Positions 18,501 to 27,628 are shown, numbered from the stretch's first letter. The stretch: DNA of 58,954 nucleotides from a virus (IMGVR_UViG_3300022413_000001:1-58954), one strand, 5' to 3'. Translations and numbers: made by a program. Notes: a model not told the origin generated them from the sequence alone.

Positions 18501-20274
18501 CATGATTACCCGCGCGGAAGAATTCGGCATTGCGACCGGGGCACTCAGTGGAGAACTCGCGCGGCAAATTGCCCAGATCGGTGAGGCGATTGACAAGAAC
18601 GTGGAGCAGCGCATCCTGGAAATCGAAGATCCCGCAGAGGCTGCCCGCGCCGCACTTCGTGAGAGGCAACGTGTTGAGATCGAGGAGGCGCGGGACGCAA
18701 ACGTCAATCTCACCCGGATCGAGCGGCTGCATGTATTGGAGCGCAAGCAACTCGCTCAGCAGTTAGCCGATGCCAACGCGGGGATAGATGCCCAGAGCGC
18801 CTCGTTATTTGACCGCGTCTTAAATGTGATCCAGGGGACGCTGGACAGAAGTCCTTTGGCTGAAATCGAATCGTTTTTTACCGCTTTTACGGATTCTGCA
18901 CGAGACATCAGCCCGGCTCGCCGAGAATATGAGGCTCTGCGGGCTGAGTTTCTTCGGCTCCGCGAAGCTGCCATTTTGTTGGGACGGAGTACAGCGGACC
19001 TCGACGCCGCATTTGAAATCCGCAACCGCGCTATCAATGATGCAGCAAGGGCTCAGGCACGTGCACAGAGACAAGCGGAAGCTCAACAGAGACAGGCAGA
19101 GCTAGCCCGGAGGCAGGCGGAAATACAGCAGAGGCAGGCAGCGCGTGATCAAGCCAGGGCACAAAGGCAAGCGGCTGAGCGCAGTTTTCAGTCATTTATT
19201 TTATCGTCTCGCGATGTGTCACCGCTGAAGGTAGAGTTTGAAGCATTGAAAGTCACCTTCCGGGATTTGCGTAATGAAGCCGTGGCCCTAAACCGGGGGA
19301 CGGGCGACTTACTGACTGCTTTTGCGAACAGCCAGGAGCGCATTCGGCAGACCGCAAGAGCAAGCCTGGTCAACGCAGTCGCCGACCTAAAAGACCCGTT
19401 GGAGGCCAGCCGCAGAGCCGTTGCGGAGCAGATTGATACGTTTCGGCAGTTATTGATTGACGGCTTTATCTCTCCAAAGAATTTTTCGGTCATTGAGCAG
19501 TTGGCTCTGGCCAACCAGGCCGCAGTCGAGGCGCTCTCACTGATTTCGGGTGGTCCTCGCACTCCAATCCAAGATGTTGCCGATGCGTTCGATGCCTTTA
19601 TCGGCGCCGGCAATCCATTATCTGCTGCGGGTCAGGAGTTGTTCGATCTTACCGAGACGTTTCTGAATTTGGCAGATGCAGCGAAACTCCTGGGATTCTC
19701 AACTCACGATCTCGAAGACTCCTATGCCGCGCAGGCCAAAGTCATCAGAGAACGCCTGGTCGAAGATATCGACCGGCAACTCGCCAGCCAGATCCAGGGT
19801 ATCGAGTCGATTGACCGGCTGCTGGGGAGTTTTCGGACTGCGCCAGAGCAGCCGGGTAGAGTCCGGCTTAGTGCGGCTGAGGAACAGTTTCAGTCTGCAA
19901 TTGCCAGTGGCCAGATACAAGATATTCTCGCCGCAGCTACCCAGTTTCGGACGATTGGGCGCGGGGAATTCGGCAGCGGCGCCGGATTCTTTGACATTGA
20001 AAACCGCATCGAGGCTGCCTTGATCGGTGTCAGGGATCAGCAACAACAAGCGGTGGAAAACGAACGCCGCCGCCTTGAGGCTCAGGCAGCCCGCGAAGAG
20101 AGGCAGTTGTTGTTAGGCGAAAGTTCACTACGGTCGCTGCTCCGGGTCGAGGGGTTTGGCGAAGATACAGCCGAGGGGATTGATGCGTTGATCAGGCTGG
20201 GCGTGCAGCAGGACCAACGCAGCCAGCGGATTCAGAATCTGCTGGAGAATTTGTTGGGTAGGCAGGTGGTGTAA
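15589..20274 (+). CDS. Tape measure protein
   Basis: ~1560 aa, Ala-rich and helical; N-terminal tape-measure motif (Q...K...EELNQ..E); Gly-rich TM-like stretch. Confidence 0.9.
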   Translation: MAETQQALIASLRADISGFRRDLQEATRVAQDFGQRASRSLDNLDQSNRRVATSTRSMASSFGQLRNVLIGLGLGKVVRDSLTLGTQLISVDRTLRATTGSVQAAGEAYQFVRQQSLRLGTDIISGARAFGQMTESTRDTRLEGQFTRDIFTGLGETISALGLDQEQYKRALVATNQVLAGSTIKTEELNQFREAGIPILRELAAATGQTGTELRKSLEKGLVPAEALVLVFRRLRDRFADVAQEASQTTPIAFSALISVLKETSGQFGVGALASTRLNESIRNLTASVSQLASPQAVQNVTDFVDQLVSLGTGIIPLLDTASAAVTKLQNSLQLLNLRPFLEQLQSRIIPNFVENLGLSRKAAEAFSQLVVGISREQENAGAGFLQQLKNVNNVIDDIIGRNEELNDVFRNLGKSSTFITDDFEEAIESSTDRVKKEYEELATFIKDSVKNAGAGKELEKQAEEDARTRIDIFKKAIADQEKLEKERLKRVGEIRAKANEEQADLEIRRATAKFRDLGEIELREFINAQRKLIELRQNLLAAGTDGRSESEIAREEQLQADRLRIIEQAEKELTRIQFRLIDARTKKTIEEAKKSADAMARPFIRASQNIQDAIANSIADALSGQLDDVGDIADEMVNIFNRAAAEITTALFIQPAVENLANSLRESLGLAVSDVNNEIKKTKEELDSAAKSSRNAALALGGILLASNLLRGQEIPAVASNIISGAITGGTLGFQAGGGPVGAAGGAAIGGLAASGFFDLVRSTVIDLFGGGVGGRVASGIIDPVQGLQDLIGVLSGGPRQSRFAVQTTAAPPAARPSDDALVRGAFGFVSLIDQQSKRANAGEVAGIIAELDSTISSAITERQRQIVAASLQNPVNAVIVGEANAETDQALSEVIVQRLRSIVGALAGGDVAATVVPTTEGDQSAAGVQALQRRVNDALAILRTIDEIEQGPQTQSAEAIARLKDEFGAMITRAEEFGIATGALSGELARQIAQIGEAIDKNVEQRILEIEDPAEAARAALRERQRVEIEEARDANVNLTRIERLHVLERKQLAQQLADANAGIDAQSASLFDRVLNVIQGTLDRSPLAEIESFFTAFTDSARDISPARREYEALRAEFLRLREAAILLGRSTADLDAAFEIRNRAINDAARAQARAQRQAEAQQRQAELARRQAEIQQRQAARDQARAQRQAAERSFQSFILSSRDVSPLKVEFEALKVTFRDLRNEAVALNRGTGDLLTAFANSQERIRQTARASLVNAVADLKDPLEASRRAVAEQIDTFRQLLIDGFISPKNFSVIEQLALANQAAVEALSLISGGPRTPIQDVADAFDAFIGAGNPLSAAGQELFDLTETFLNLADAAKLLGFSTHDLEDSYAAQAKVIRERLVEDIDRQLASQIQGIESIDRLLGSFRTAPEQPGRVRLSAAEEQFQSAIASGQIQDILAAATQFRTIGRGEFGSGAGFFDIENRIEAALIGVRDQQQQAVENERRRLEAQAAREERQLLLGESSLRSLLRVEGFGEDTAEGIDALIRLGVQQDQRSQRIQNLLENLLGRQVV

Positions 20275-22286
20275 TGGCAATCAACCCATTCTCCGAAGAC
20301 ATTTTTCTGCACAATGTGTTTGGGGATCCGGAATTTGATTTCCGCAACCCATTGGCCGATCAGCGTCAAGCGATCTTGATGGAGATCGATCCGGTTCTGC
20401 AAGCGACTCGTCTGGTGTTCTCGCGGGTCAGCCCTGCTGCGTTTGCAATCGAATTGGCTTATTACTATGTCGATGATGTTGGCTTATTGGCTGGGTATAT
20501 CGATGCCAATCTTTTCACACCATCGCCACCTCCCCCTCCTAGTCCAACGGGTATTCGGTGGTTGGATATCGGTGGAGCACCAGCCCCTACTTATCTCATC
20601 ATGGAAGATGAGAATGGGGATGCCCGGTATATCACATCAACATTTGACGAAACGCCGGTACTGACTGCGTCTGGGTCCGAGCCTGTCTTGGGCACTGAGT
20701 TTGCCTGGGATGTTGGCCCTTATATCGAAATGATCGGGGAGGACGGGCATAGCATCTACCGGCTAACGGTCAATTCCAGCAATGTCATTAGCGTTACCCT
20801 TGATCGGGACGAACTGGAGAGGGCGCAAAGTATTACCATCTCGAACGGGCATCCCTGGGCGTTTTACAACGGGCGTACTTACATTTCCGATTTCATCGAG
20901 ATGGGAGACGTCGAGACGCAGGCGCCCCTTACAGAAATTGGATTCGGCGGATTGGTTGAGCCAACAATAGGGGTTATCAAAATCTCAATTCATGACGGCG
21001 AGCTCGATTTTCTCGCTGACCAGGATTGGGATTCGAGACCATTTACGGTCAGGATTGGCTCCACCGATGCGGAACCGGCCATTTATCCATTTGCCGTTCG
21101 GGGCGAGATCGAGTCCGCGTCATGGGACGAAGATTTTATCTCGTTGCGGATTCGAGATGCCGGCATTGGATTCAAACAATCCATTCAGCCGAATCATTAT
21201 GGCGGCACAGGTGGATTGGATGGGGACAGCGAAGTTGAGGGCCAACCCAAACCGTTGTGTTTAGGCTTTCCGATTGCCGTGGAACCGAAACTGATTGACC
21301 GCAGTCTCTTGCTGTATCAGGTGCATGACGGCGATATGAGGGACATGACCGCCATTGCACAGGGAGGAGTTTTTTTGCTCGGCGGAACCTCCTTCCCTGG
21401 TGACATTTTGGACTGGGTGCCTACACAGCAAGAGATTGACGACGGCGCAGTACTCTCTGACCGGTCAAGGGGTGTTTTTCGGCTCGCTGCACCGCCCGGT
21501 GGCAGGGTGATGGCATTTACCACAAGGGGCGAATCGGGAATAGCGGGACAGGAAACGGTCAGCGACATTTGCCGGTGGATTGTTGAGCAGCGTCTGCCGG
21601 ATACCGATTTGGACTTGGACTCATTTAACACTCACAAAGCATTTTATCCCGGCAAGGCCGGTATTTACATCACGGAAGAACGCACCATCGGGGACGTCAT
21701 TACCGAACTGGTATCTCCTGTTGGCGTCATCGGAATCAACCGGCTCAATCGCATTTTCATGAGGACCTTGGCGCGTGAAGCGCCTGTGATGACACTCACT
21801 GATGACGATATCCAGGACAATAGCTTACAAAGGCAGCCTCCGCCCAAGCCAGGCAGTCAGCACCGGGTCGGGCACAGCCATGCGAATACGGTGCTCACCG
21901 AATCTGACTTTTTGGGCGCAGCCGATCCCATCGCGAAAACATTGAGTGCGCAGGAGTATCGTTACCGGGTTCTTGGCCCATACGTGGCTGCCATCAATGA
22001 CAGATTCAGAAGCGCCAAGACGAAAACGATCAACACCAATTACCTGCAAGAGGCAGATGGGCGTTACGTGGGTGATCTGATTCGGCACCAGGAGCAGGCA
22101 TTCCGGGACGTCTACTCGATGATTGTGCTTGACCACTCGTGGGAATTTCGGATTGGCGATACGTTTATGTTTCAGTTCCCACGGTTTCGGTTCCAGACGC
22201 CAAGGGTCTGCGTGATCATCGGCATCACCGAAATCAGCCCTACTTCGACAACCGAAAACATTACAAGCATAAGATTTAGGTGTTGA
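20274..22286 (+). CDS. Tail tip/hub protein
   Basis: Follows the tape measure; Y.G.GG.DG....G.PKPL..G and YQV.DG motifs. Confidence 0.65.
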   Translation: MAINPFSEDIFLHNVFGDPEFDFRNPLADQRQAILMEIDPVLQATRLVFSRVSPAAFAIELAYYYVDDVGLLAGYIDANLFTPSPPPPPSPTGIRWLDIGGAPAPTYLIMEDENGDARYITSTFDETPVLTASGSEPVLGTEFAWDVGPYIEMIGEDGHSIYRLTVNSSNVISVTLDRDELERAQSITISNGHPWAFYNGRTYISDFIEMGDVETQAPLTEIGFGGLVEPTIGVIKISIHDGELDFLADQDWDSRPFTVRIGSTDAEPAIYPFAVRGEIESASWDEDFISLRIRDAGIGFKQSIQPNHYGGTGGLDGDSEVEGQPKPLCLGFPIAVEPKLIDRSLLLYQVHDGDMRDMTAIAQGGVFLLGGTSFPGDILDWVPTQQEIDDGAVLSDRSRGVFRLAAPPGGRVMAFTTRGESGIAGQETVSDICRWIVEQRLPDTDLDLDSFNTHKAFYPGKAGIYITEERTIGDVITELVSPVGVIGINRLNRIFMRTLAREAPVMTLTDDDIQDNSLQRQPPPKPGSQHRVGHSHANTVLTESDFLGAADPIAKTLSAQEYRYRVLGPYVAAINDRFRSAKTKTINTNYLQEADGRYVGDLIRHQEQAFRDVYSMIVLDHSWEFRIGDTFMFQFPRFRFQTPRVCVIIGITEISPTSTTENITSIRFRC

Positions 22287-22287
22287 G

Positions 22288-23088
22288 ATGGCCAAAGCAC
22301 ACATTTTGCTTAACAGTTGGTCTCTGGACGCGATTGCGACCTCAACAAATGAGGTTTCCGACATTCGGGCTCGTGCTAGCGCCATGCTGAATTACAGCCC
22401 GTCGAGGCGTTGGAAAACCAATGATCTGACCGCCATGCAAGCCATATTGGACACGGGATCTCCCAAACCATGGGACACTCTTTTTCTGGGTTACACCAAT
22501 GCCACAGCCGCAGCAACCTTGCGGATCACGTCCGATAACAACTCAGGTGTCTTGTTCACAAGCCCGGCTTATGACCCAGGCGCAGCCACGCTGAGAATGC
22601 CCGCCAACGGGGAGTTTATCAGTTGGTTTGCCTTACACCAGGCATCGAGCACGCAAACGTATCAATATATCGGGATCGAAGTGGTGGACGGGGCCAACCC
22701 TGACGGCTTTTTCACCGCAGGGATCGCTTACGTCGGCAACCGATTTACGCCATCTTTGCATGCAAATCTGGGAGCAGATGACGGGCACGAGGATTTGAGT
22801 ATTCCGATTCGGTTGTCCAACGGGGAGACCAGAGTACGGCGCAGGGTGCGAAAGGGTGGGCAGGGGTTCCAATGGGAATTCCTACCCGAAATGGACACGA
22901 TGTTTTTTAGAAATCTATTCCGGACCTACGGGAAATCCACGCCAGTAGTGCTATGGCGGGAACCGGAAGAGACTGGGAATGAGCATAATCTCATCAATTA
23001 TGGGTTCTTGGATTTCCCCCGCCGACCAGTGAAGGAGCAGGCGCCCTACGGCAGGCACTCGGTATCGTTGGAGATCAATGAGATTTAG
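22288..23088 (+). CDS. Tail/distal-tail-associated structural protein
   Basis: S.RW.T and I..D..NPDG motifs; last gene of the tail operon. Confidence 0.55.
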   Translation: MAKAHILLNSWSLDAIATSTNEVSDIRARASAMLNYSPSRRWKTNDLTAMQAILDTGSPKPWDTLFLGYTNATAAATLRITSDNNSGVLFTSPAYDPGAATLRMPANGEFISWFALHQASSTQTYQYIGIEVVDGANPDGFFTAGIAYVGNRFTPSLHANLGADDGHEDLSIPIRLSNGETRVRRRVRKGGQGFQWEFLPEMDTMFFRNLFRTYGKSTPVVLWREPEETGNEHNLINYGFLDFPRRPVKEQAPYGRHSVSLEINEI

Positions 23089-23148
23089 TCGGGGTTATAA
23101 ACAATTTTCGCATCCCAATCCCAGAATAGGTGATTAATTTGGAACAAC

Positions 23149-24804
23149 CTATGGACACCCCGACTCTGCGCCGTTCACATATGCCTCAATGACATCGTCC
23201 GGGGGTATGTTCGGGTCGATATCCCTAAATGACGGCGGGACTGGAGCCAGCCCAAGGAGTGTCCGTGAGATGTAGACCACATCCGTGGCCACGTTGAGTA
23301 CATCGTGTTTATCCACGTTGTACTCAAGGAGGTGATCGTTGATGAACGCCTCAATGATCTCATCGGCGGGTATCGTGGGGTCGATGATCCGGAACGATGG
23401 CGGCACGGCTGAGAGGCCCAGCAGCGTCCGTGAAATATAGACCACGTCAGTCGCTACATCCACCGTATCGTTGCCGTCCACATCCAGCGCACAGACGTCT
23501 GAGGTGCGCTCGTAAGCACCCATGTCGACCTCGGCACCCTGCGGCCTGGCCGTGCCGGTAAAATCAAACCATGGAACAGCAATAAGCAGTCCCGCATCAA
23601 TGGCGGGGCTCGCCGAACCGAGCCGAAAATCGTTATTACCCGCGTCGAGGTATTCAGGATCCACGGCCCGGCTATTTGTGCCCCCTCCTGCCGATTCCCA
23701 TGTGCCATCCTCGATGTCGTTTCCGTCATAGCGGGTAGTCGTCGTGGTGGTTGAGCATCCAGTTTGAATGATGATGTGGTCGGCTGTCGTAGGCGTGCGG
23801 AAATAGAGATTGTAATCCTCCTCCAGGGTCACGCAGGTAGGTGCCTCCAAAGGTTTTGTTCCCGTGACGATGTTGTTCTGCATCATTACGGTATACGGAT
23901 CATTGGCGTTAGCCAGAATGCCCCGCACGCTCTCATCAATCGTGTTGTGGTGCAGAGTGATGGTGTTATCGTTGCCCGACAAATTCGTCAGGGTTATACC
24001 GACGTTTGTGTTGCCGTGCACGAGGGAGTTTGTGAGAGTCCCATTCTCCCAGAACCGGGTACCCCGGCAGTTGCCGTAGGACTCAGTACGGTCCAGTGAG
24101 GCGTTGTTAGCTTTCAGGTCAAAGCCATCCTCCCCGTTGTTGTACGCTTTCACATCAATAAACGTGAGGTCCGAGGTCCCCGCCGTAGCCGAAAATCCAT
24201 CAGCATCCCCGCTGCATCCCAGCCCGTCATCGTTGCTGTAGCTGTCCGTTTCCTTCACCACGATATCATGAGTGCCACTTGTGAAAGATACACCGTTCTG
24301 GCTGTTATCGTGGATCATGCACCCATCTACGACGCTATCGAAGCTTCCGCCGAACAGGATACCCGTTTTGTTATCATGGATGTTGCAATCCTTAATGAGC
24401 ACGTCATGTGCACCTGCCCGTACAAAGATCGTCTCGTCATACCCGCCGCGTAGCTCGAAGCCGACAATGTGTATATAGGCAACGCCTGCCTTGACATCAA
24501 ATGCTTCGAGGCTCGCCCCTGGGTCTGGGCTTTCCATGACCGCTCCTGTCGTACCATCAAACGTAATGACGCTACCGCTGCTCCCCGACACCGTGATATC
24601 TACCGCTTCCGTGTACGTGCCAGCCGCTACGATGACGCTATCTCCAGCCACCATGGTGTTGGCAGCCTTTTGGACGGTGCTCCAGGGCTCCTCCTGCGTG
24701 CCTGGGTTGGCGTCATCTCCGGTTGTGGCCACATAGTAAGTCGCCGCATGAGCCGAAGCTACCAAGGCCAGACACATCACAAAAATGCTCATCAATCGAA
24801 TCAT
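23149..24804 (-). CDS. Secreted right-handed beta-helix (DUF1565/pectate lyase-like) protein with a C-terminal dockerin-like duplicated domain
   Basis: Signal peptide ending AHA; YYVA..G.D.NPGT...PW.T.Q.A; SPAIDAG...DMGAYE; two copies of DVD....VATDVVYISRTLLGL. Confidence 0.8.
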   Translation of the reverse strand: MIRLMSIFVMCLALVASAHAATYYVATTGDDANPGTQEEPWSTVQKAANTMVAGDSVIVAAGTYTEAVDITVSGSSGSVITFDGTTGAVMESPDPGASLEAFDVKAGVAYIHIVGFELRGGYDETIFVRAGAHDVLIKDCNIHDNKTGILFGGSFDSVVDGCMIHDNSQNGVSFTSGTHDIVVKETDSYSNDDGLGCSGDADGFSATAGTSDLTFIDVKAYNNGEDGFDLKANNASLDRTESYGNCRGTRFWENGTLTNSLVHGNTNVGITLTNLSGNDNTITLHHNTIDESVRGILANANDPYTVMMQNNIVTGTKPLEAPTCVTLEEDYNLYFRTPTTADHIIIQTGCSTTTTTTRYDGNDIEDGTWESAGGGTNSRAVDPEYLDAGNNDFRLGSASPAIDAGLLIAVPWFDFTGTARPQGAEVDMGAYERTSDVCALDVDGNDTVDVATDVVYISRTLLGLSAVPPSFRIIDPTIPADEIIEAFINDHLLEYNVDKHDVLNVATDVVYISRTLLGLAPVPPSFRDIDPNIPPDDVIEAYVNGAESGCP

Positions 24805-24826
24805 CTGTCAGTCCCTCGTCTTCATA

Positions 24827-25138
24827 TTATCCATCGTGGCTAATCGTAATGGTGATATTGCCAGAATGAGTCTGTGGAAATACCACGGAGCGAGAACTGC
24901 GAGGCAACCCCTCTAACGGACCCCATTTGGGGCCAAGCGCGAGGCCCTCGCACCAAATTCGGCGTCCGTGCCCTTGAGTCGGGACCACCTCAAATCTGTA
25001 GACCTTGTCTCCTTTCTCCATGACGGTGACGGCATCTGGGATCTCGATTTTTGCCTCTGCCCGATATTGCATGAGGCCCAACTCAATCCATGCAAAGACA
25101 AGAGTTGTCAGCAGTATGAGTCCAGTTATGATTTTCAT
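24827..25138 (-). CDS. N-terminal TM/secreted hypothetical protein
   Basis: Hydrophobic N-terminus; coupled to neighbouring genes. Confidence 0.5.
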   Translation of the reverse strand: MKIITGLILLTTLVFAWIELGLMQYRAEAKIEIPDAVTVMEKGDKVYRFEVVPTQGHGRRIWCEGLALGPKWGPLEGLPRSSRSVVFPQTHSGNITITISHDG

Positions 25139-25389
25139 CTTTCCTCCTCAATTTCGTAAATGTTTTTCAACTGACCCTTCATTAATTGGCAGTTCATCGA
25201 CATCGTAGCAAGGATGCGGCCCAACTCCGCGTCCTGCTCACTACTGGGAAATGAGTCAATGGCATCAATTCGGTGCCTCACCGAACTAATCAATTCATCC
25301 AATGATCTCAGTTCCCGCAAGGCGTTCTGCCACTTAAAGAATGCAGGGTCCTTACCAACCGATGCGTAGTGGCTTTGTTCCTGTTTCAT
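25135..25389 (-). CDS. Hypothetical protein
   Basis: Overlap-coupled ORF. Confidence 0.5.
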   Translation of the reverse strand: MKQEQSHYASVGKDPAFFKWQNALRELRSLDELISSVRHRIDAIDSFPSSEQDAELGRILATMSMNCQLMKGQLKNIYEIEEER

Positions 25390-25586
25390 TCATCATCCTC
25401 CTTGACAATGAAGGTGGGGAGTTCCACACATCGAAGGCTCAATCTGAGTGGCCATTGGACGGCCCATTTAAACTCCGGAAATTCTGTGTTCATGAGCCTG
25501 ACCCAATCATCTGGGTCCATATCGCTATCAGGCAAAAAATCGCCTATAACCGAACAGATTTTGTGCGCGTCTTCAAGTGTCATCAT
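25386..25586 (-). CDS. Hypothetical protein, paralog of 25963-26145
   Basis: MTLEDAHKIC...PDDW...FPEFKW. Confidence 0.55.
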   Translation of the reverse strand: MMTLEDAHKICSVIGDFLPDSDMDPDDWVRLMNTEFPEFKWAVQWPLRLSLRCVELPTFIVKEDDE

Positions 25587-25966
25587 CTTTCCTCCAAGAA
25601 AGGACCACTAACGTCCCCTACATATTCAAATCGAGTAATCGGACATAGGCAGTCGCCATCCGTAATTAATTGGTTTAGCTCGTCGATTGCATTATCAGAG
25701 CACCATGCACTATGATGGCGGTAGAATAAAATTTGGTCCTCGGTCCAATTGAAAGGCACATTCACATCGTACTCAACGATCATTCGGATCTTAATCGTCT
25801 TGTTGACTAAGGCGCAAGTATGGTTGTCATGGAATGTGCCAACTGGGGCCTCACAATAAAAACATACGGCATCTGGATTCACTGGCCGCATCGCCTCAGT
25901 TGTAACTCGAAAGCGAAGTTCCGTCTCAGTCTGTGTTTGCGATTCAGGTTCGTGGTTTTTGCTCAT
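25583..25966 (-). CDS. Cys/His-rich hypothetical phage protein
   Basis: CFYC...H....C and WC...CLC motifs. Confidence 0.55.
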   Translation of the reverse strand: MSKNHEPESQTQTETELRFRVTTEAMRPVNPDAVCFYCEAPVGTFHDNHTCALVNKTIKIRMIVEYDVNVPFNWTEDQILFYRHHSAWCSDNAIDELNQLITDGDCLCPITRFEYVGDVSGPFLEER

Positions 25967-26145
25967 GAGTGCTCATTCCTCTTCTCAGCACAGTAAAAAT
26001 AGGGGAAGTCAGGCCACCAGCTAAACCAGGCGAATTCCGGAAAGGTTTCTCCCATGTCCTCCAGCCATTCGTCAGGCTGCACTGGAGACTCATGTACATG
26101 CTGAGACATAATTTTACAAATCTTTTGCGCGTCATCTAGAGTCAT
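25963..26145 (-). CDS. Hypothetical protein, paralog of 25386-25586
   Basis: MTLDDAQKIC...PDEW...FPEFAW. Confidence 0.55.
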   Translation of the reverse strand: MTLDDAQKICKIMSQHVHESPVQPDEWLEDMGETFPEFAWFSWWPDFPYFYCAEKRNEHS

Positions 26146-26158
26146 GATTGTTTCCTTT

Positions 26159-26659
26159 CTATTCTTCTGCCCATCCAAAAAAATCCTTTGCCCACATGAA
26201 ATCGATATCCGCAGCCTCTGCTGCCTCCTGATCTGTTTTCCAGTCTCCTACATAGAGACAGGTGTGCGGAGCATGCAGGACTCCACGTGAATGCCAAAAC
26301 ATTTCGGCATCCAGGAGCATCTTAGGCTTGGGTTTGCGGCATTCACATTCCTCAGCAGGGGCATGAGTGCAAATGAATAGGCTGAGCTCACGTGGGAACC
26401 TGCCAGTTGCCTCAATAACCATGTCAGCAATAAGTTGATAAGCCATCACTTCTGTCAGGTATCCTAGTCCGACTCCCCCCTGGTTAGAGATGACGGACAG
26501 CCCTACCTTGTCCCAATCATAGAGCGCCAATGTTTCTCTCACATTCTCCTTTAATCTCCATTCTCCTGTTTTATTGGGGCATGGCTGACCAGGGACTGTA
26601 CATTCCCGCAAAGTTCCATCGGCATCAAAAAACAAGGCATCGTAAGGTAATGGGTGCAT
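26159..26659 (-). CDS. HAD-IIIA phosphatase (GmhB / histidinol phosphatase / PNKP-like)
   Basis: DADGTL, SNQGG, C.H....CECRKP.P.ML and VGD...D..AA motifs. Confidence 0.85.
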   Translation of the reverse strand: MHPLPYDALFFDADGTLRECTVPGQPCPNKTGEWRLKENVRETLALYDWDKVGLSVISNQGGVGLGYLTEVMAYQLIADMVIEATGRFPRELSLFICTHAPAEECECRKPKPKMLLDAEMFWHSRGVLHAPHTCLYVGDWKTDQEAAEAADIDFMWAKDFFGWAEE

Positions 26660-26752
26660 GTAATTTTTCCTTCCAGGCTCCCAAAACGAAAAGTGCGGCC
26701 ACAAGGGTCAGTATGCCCGCTGCGAATCCGATCAGAAAGGGCAACACAATGC

Positions 26753-26992
26753 TCATAGTGTATTCTTCTCACTCATCCCGGCGATCCATTCCTCTTTTCC
26801 TCCCAATAACTCGTCTACTGGAATGCCAAGCCGGTAGTGTAGTTTTGCCAAAGTATGACGGCGCGGATTCAAGAATTTTCCGCTCGCCAAATTCAGCAGC
26901 TCTTGGTATTCCAGCCCTGCTTCACGCGCGGCCTGCGCCTTGGATATGCCTAACTCATTGATTTTATTTAGTAAACTTTCGGCAACAGTCAT
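26753..26992 (-). CDS. Cro/CI-type HTH regulator
   Basis: GISKAQAAREAG ... NPR..TL.KL...L; AGGAGGTG RBS. Confidence 0.8.
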   Translation of the reverse strand: MTVAESLLNKINELGISKAQAAREAGLEYQELLNLASGKFLNPRRHTLAKLHYRLGIPVDELLGGKEEWIAGMSEKNTL

Positions 26993-27014
26993 TTTTGCTC
27001 ACCTCCTATTTGTA

Positions 27015-27090
27015 AAAATAACACAATGTTAAAAAATATGCAAGATTTTTACATTTATCCATTGACAAGCATGTTTTAACATAGTATAGT
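27015..27090. promoter_or_regulatory. Divergent promoter pair (switch-like region)
   Basis: Plus strand TTGACA(27062)-17-TATAGT; minus strand TTGCAT-17-TATTTT; ATGTT..AACAT palindrome in the plus-strand spacer. Confidence 0.7.
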
Positions 27091-27283
27091 TATGTCAGAA
27101 GTTAGGAACAAAGAGCGGACGGGAGGCCAGCAAAAAGGGTAGAGGAGCTGGCGAGAAACCCACCAACCAAACCAACCGCTCCTCCCAGCCAGGGAGACAT
27201 ACAGAGGTCCACGAGAGCCTAAATCTCAGCCACCGTTAGCCTTGGCAAGGCGGCGCAGGGGAGGCCCGGATGGCAACCGATAC

Positions 27284-27333
27284 ATAGTGTCCACGCAAGA
27301 GCGTGCTGACGAGCCTGGGAGGCGAAACACTAT
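27284..27333 (+). ncRNA. Type III hammerhead ribozyme
   Basis: ATAGTG-TC^-CACGC AAGA GCGTG-CTGACGA-GCCT GGG AGGC-GAAA-CACTAT: complete core and three stems, with GUC cleavage after 27291. Confidence 0.9.
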
Positions 27334-27349
27334 ATATAAGGAGAGAGTC

Positions 27350-27628
27350 ATGAAATACACAGGAATCGAAATTGACCTGGTCTTTGATCTCAAGACAGGA
27401 AGGCCCAATTATGTGGTCACGGGAAATACCTATCCCGTGAAAGAGGATTTGAAAGGCTTGGGTTTTGTCTACGCAAAGACCAATGAGTACCCAAATGACG
27501 TTCCTCATTGGGTGGCGCCCGAAACGGAGGAACGCACGGAAGCGCTCCGCGCTGCTGCCCCTTGGGCGACACATCTTGACGAGAATGGTGATTGGTGGCG
27601 GATGAAGCACGCTACCCCCGCATTCTGA
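27350..27628 (+). CDS. Hypothetical early protein
   Basis: AAGGAG RBS; GNTYPVKEDLK.LGF motif common in small phage proteins. Confidence 0.65.
   Translation: MKYTGIEIDLVFDLKTGRPNYVVTGNTYPVKEDLKGLGFVYAKTNEYPNDVPHWVAPETEERTEALRAAAPWATHLDENGDWWRMKHATPAF

Noticed and set aside
15600-20270. Long antisense ORFs within the tape measure and other large genes
   Set aside because: Shadow frames of strongly coding genes, with no RBS or motifs
27121-27190. HDV-like or twister ribozyme
   Set aside because: A P1-like GGCCAGC stem is present, but the conserved P3/L3 or twister core nucleotides are not
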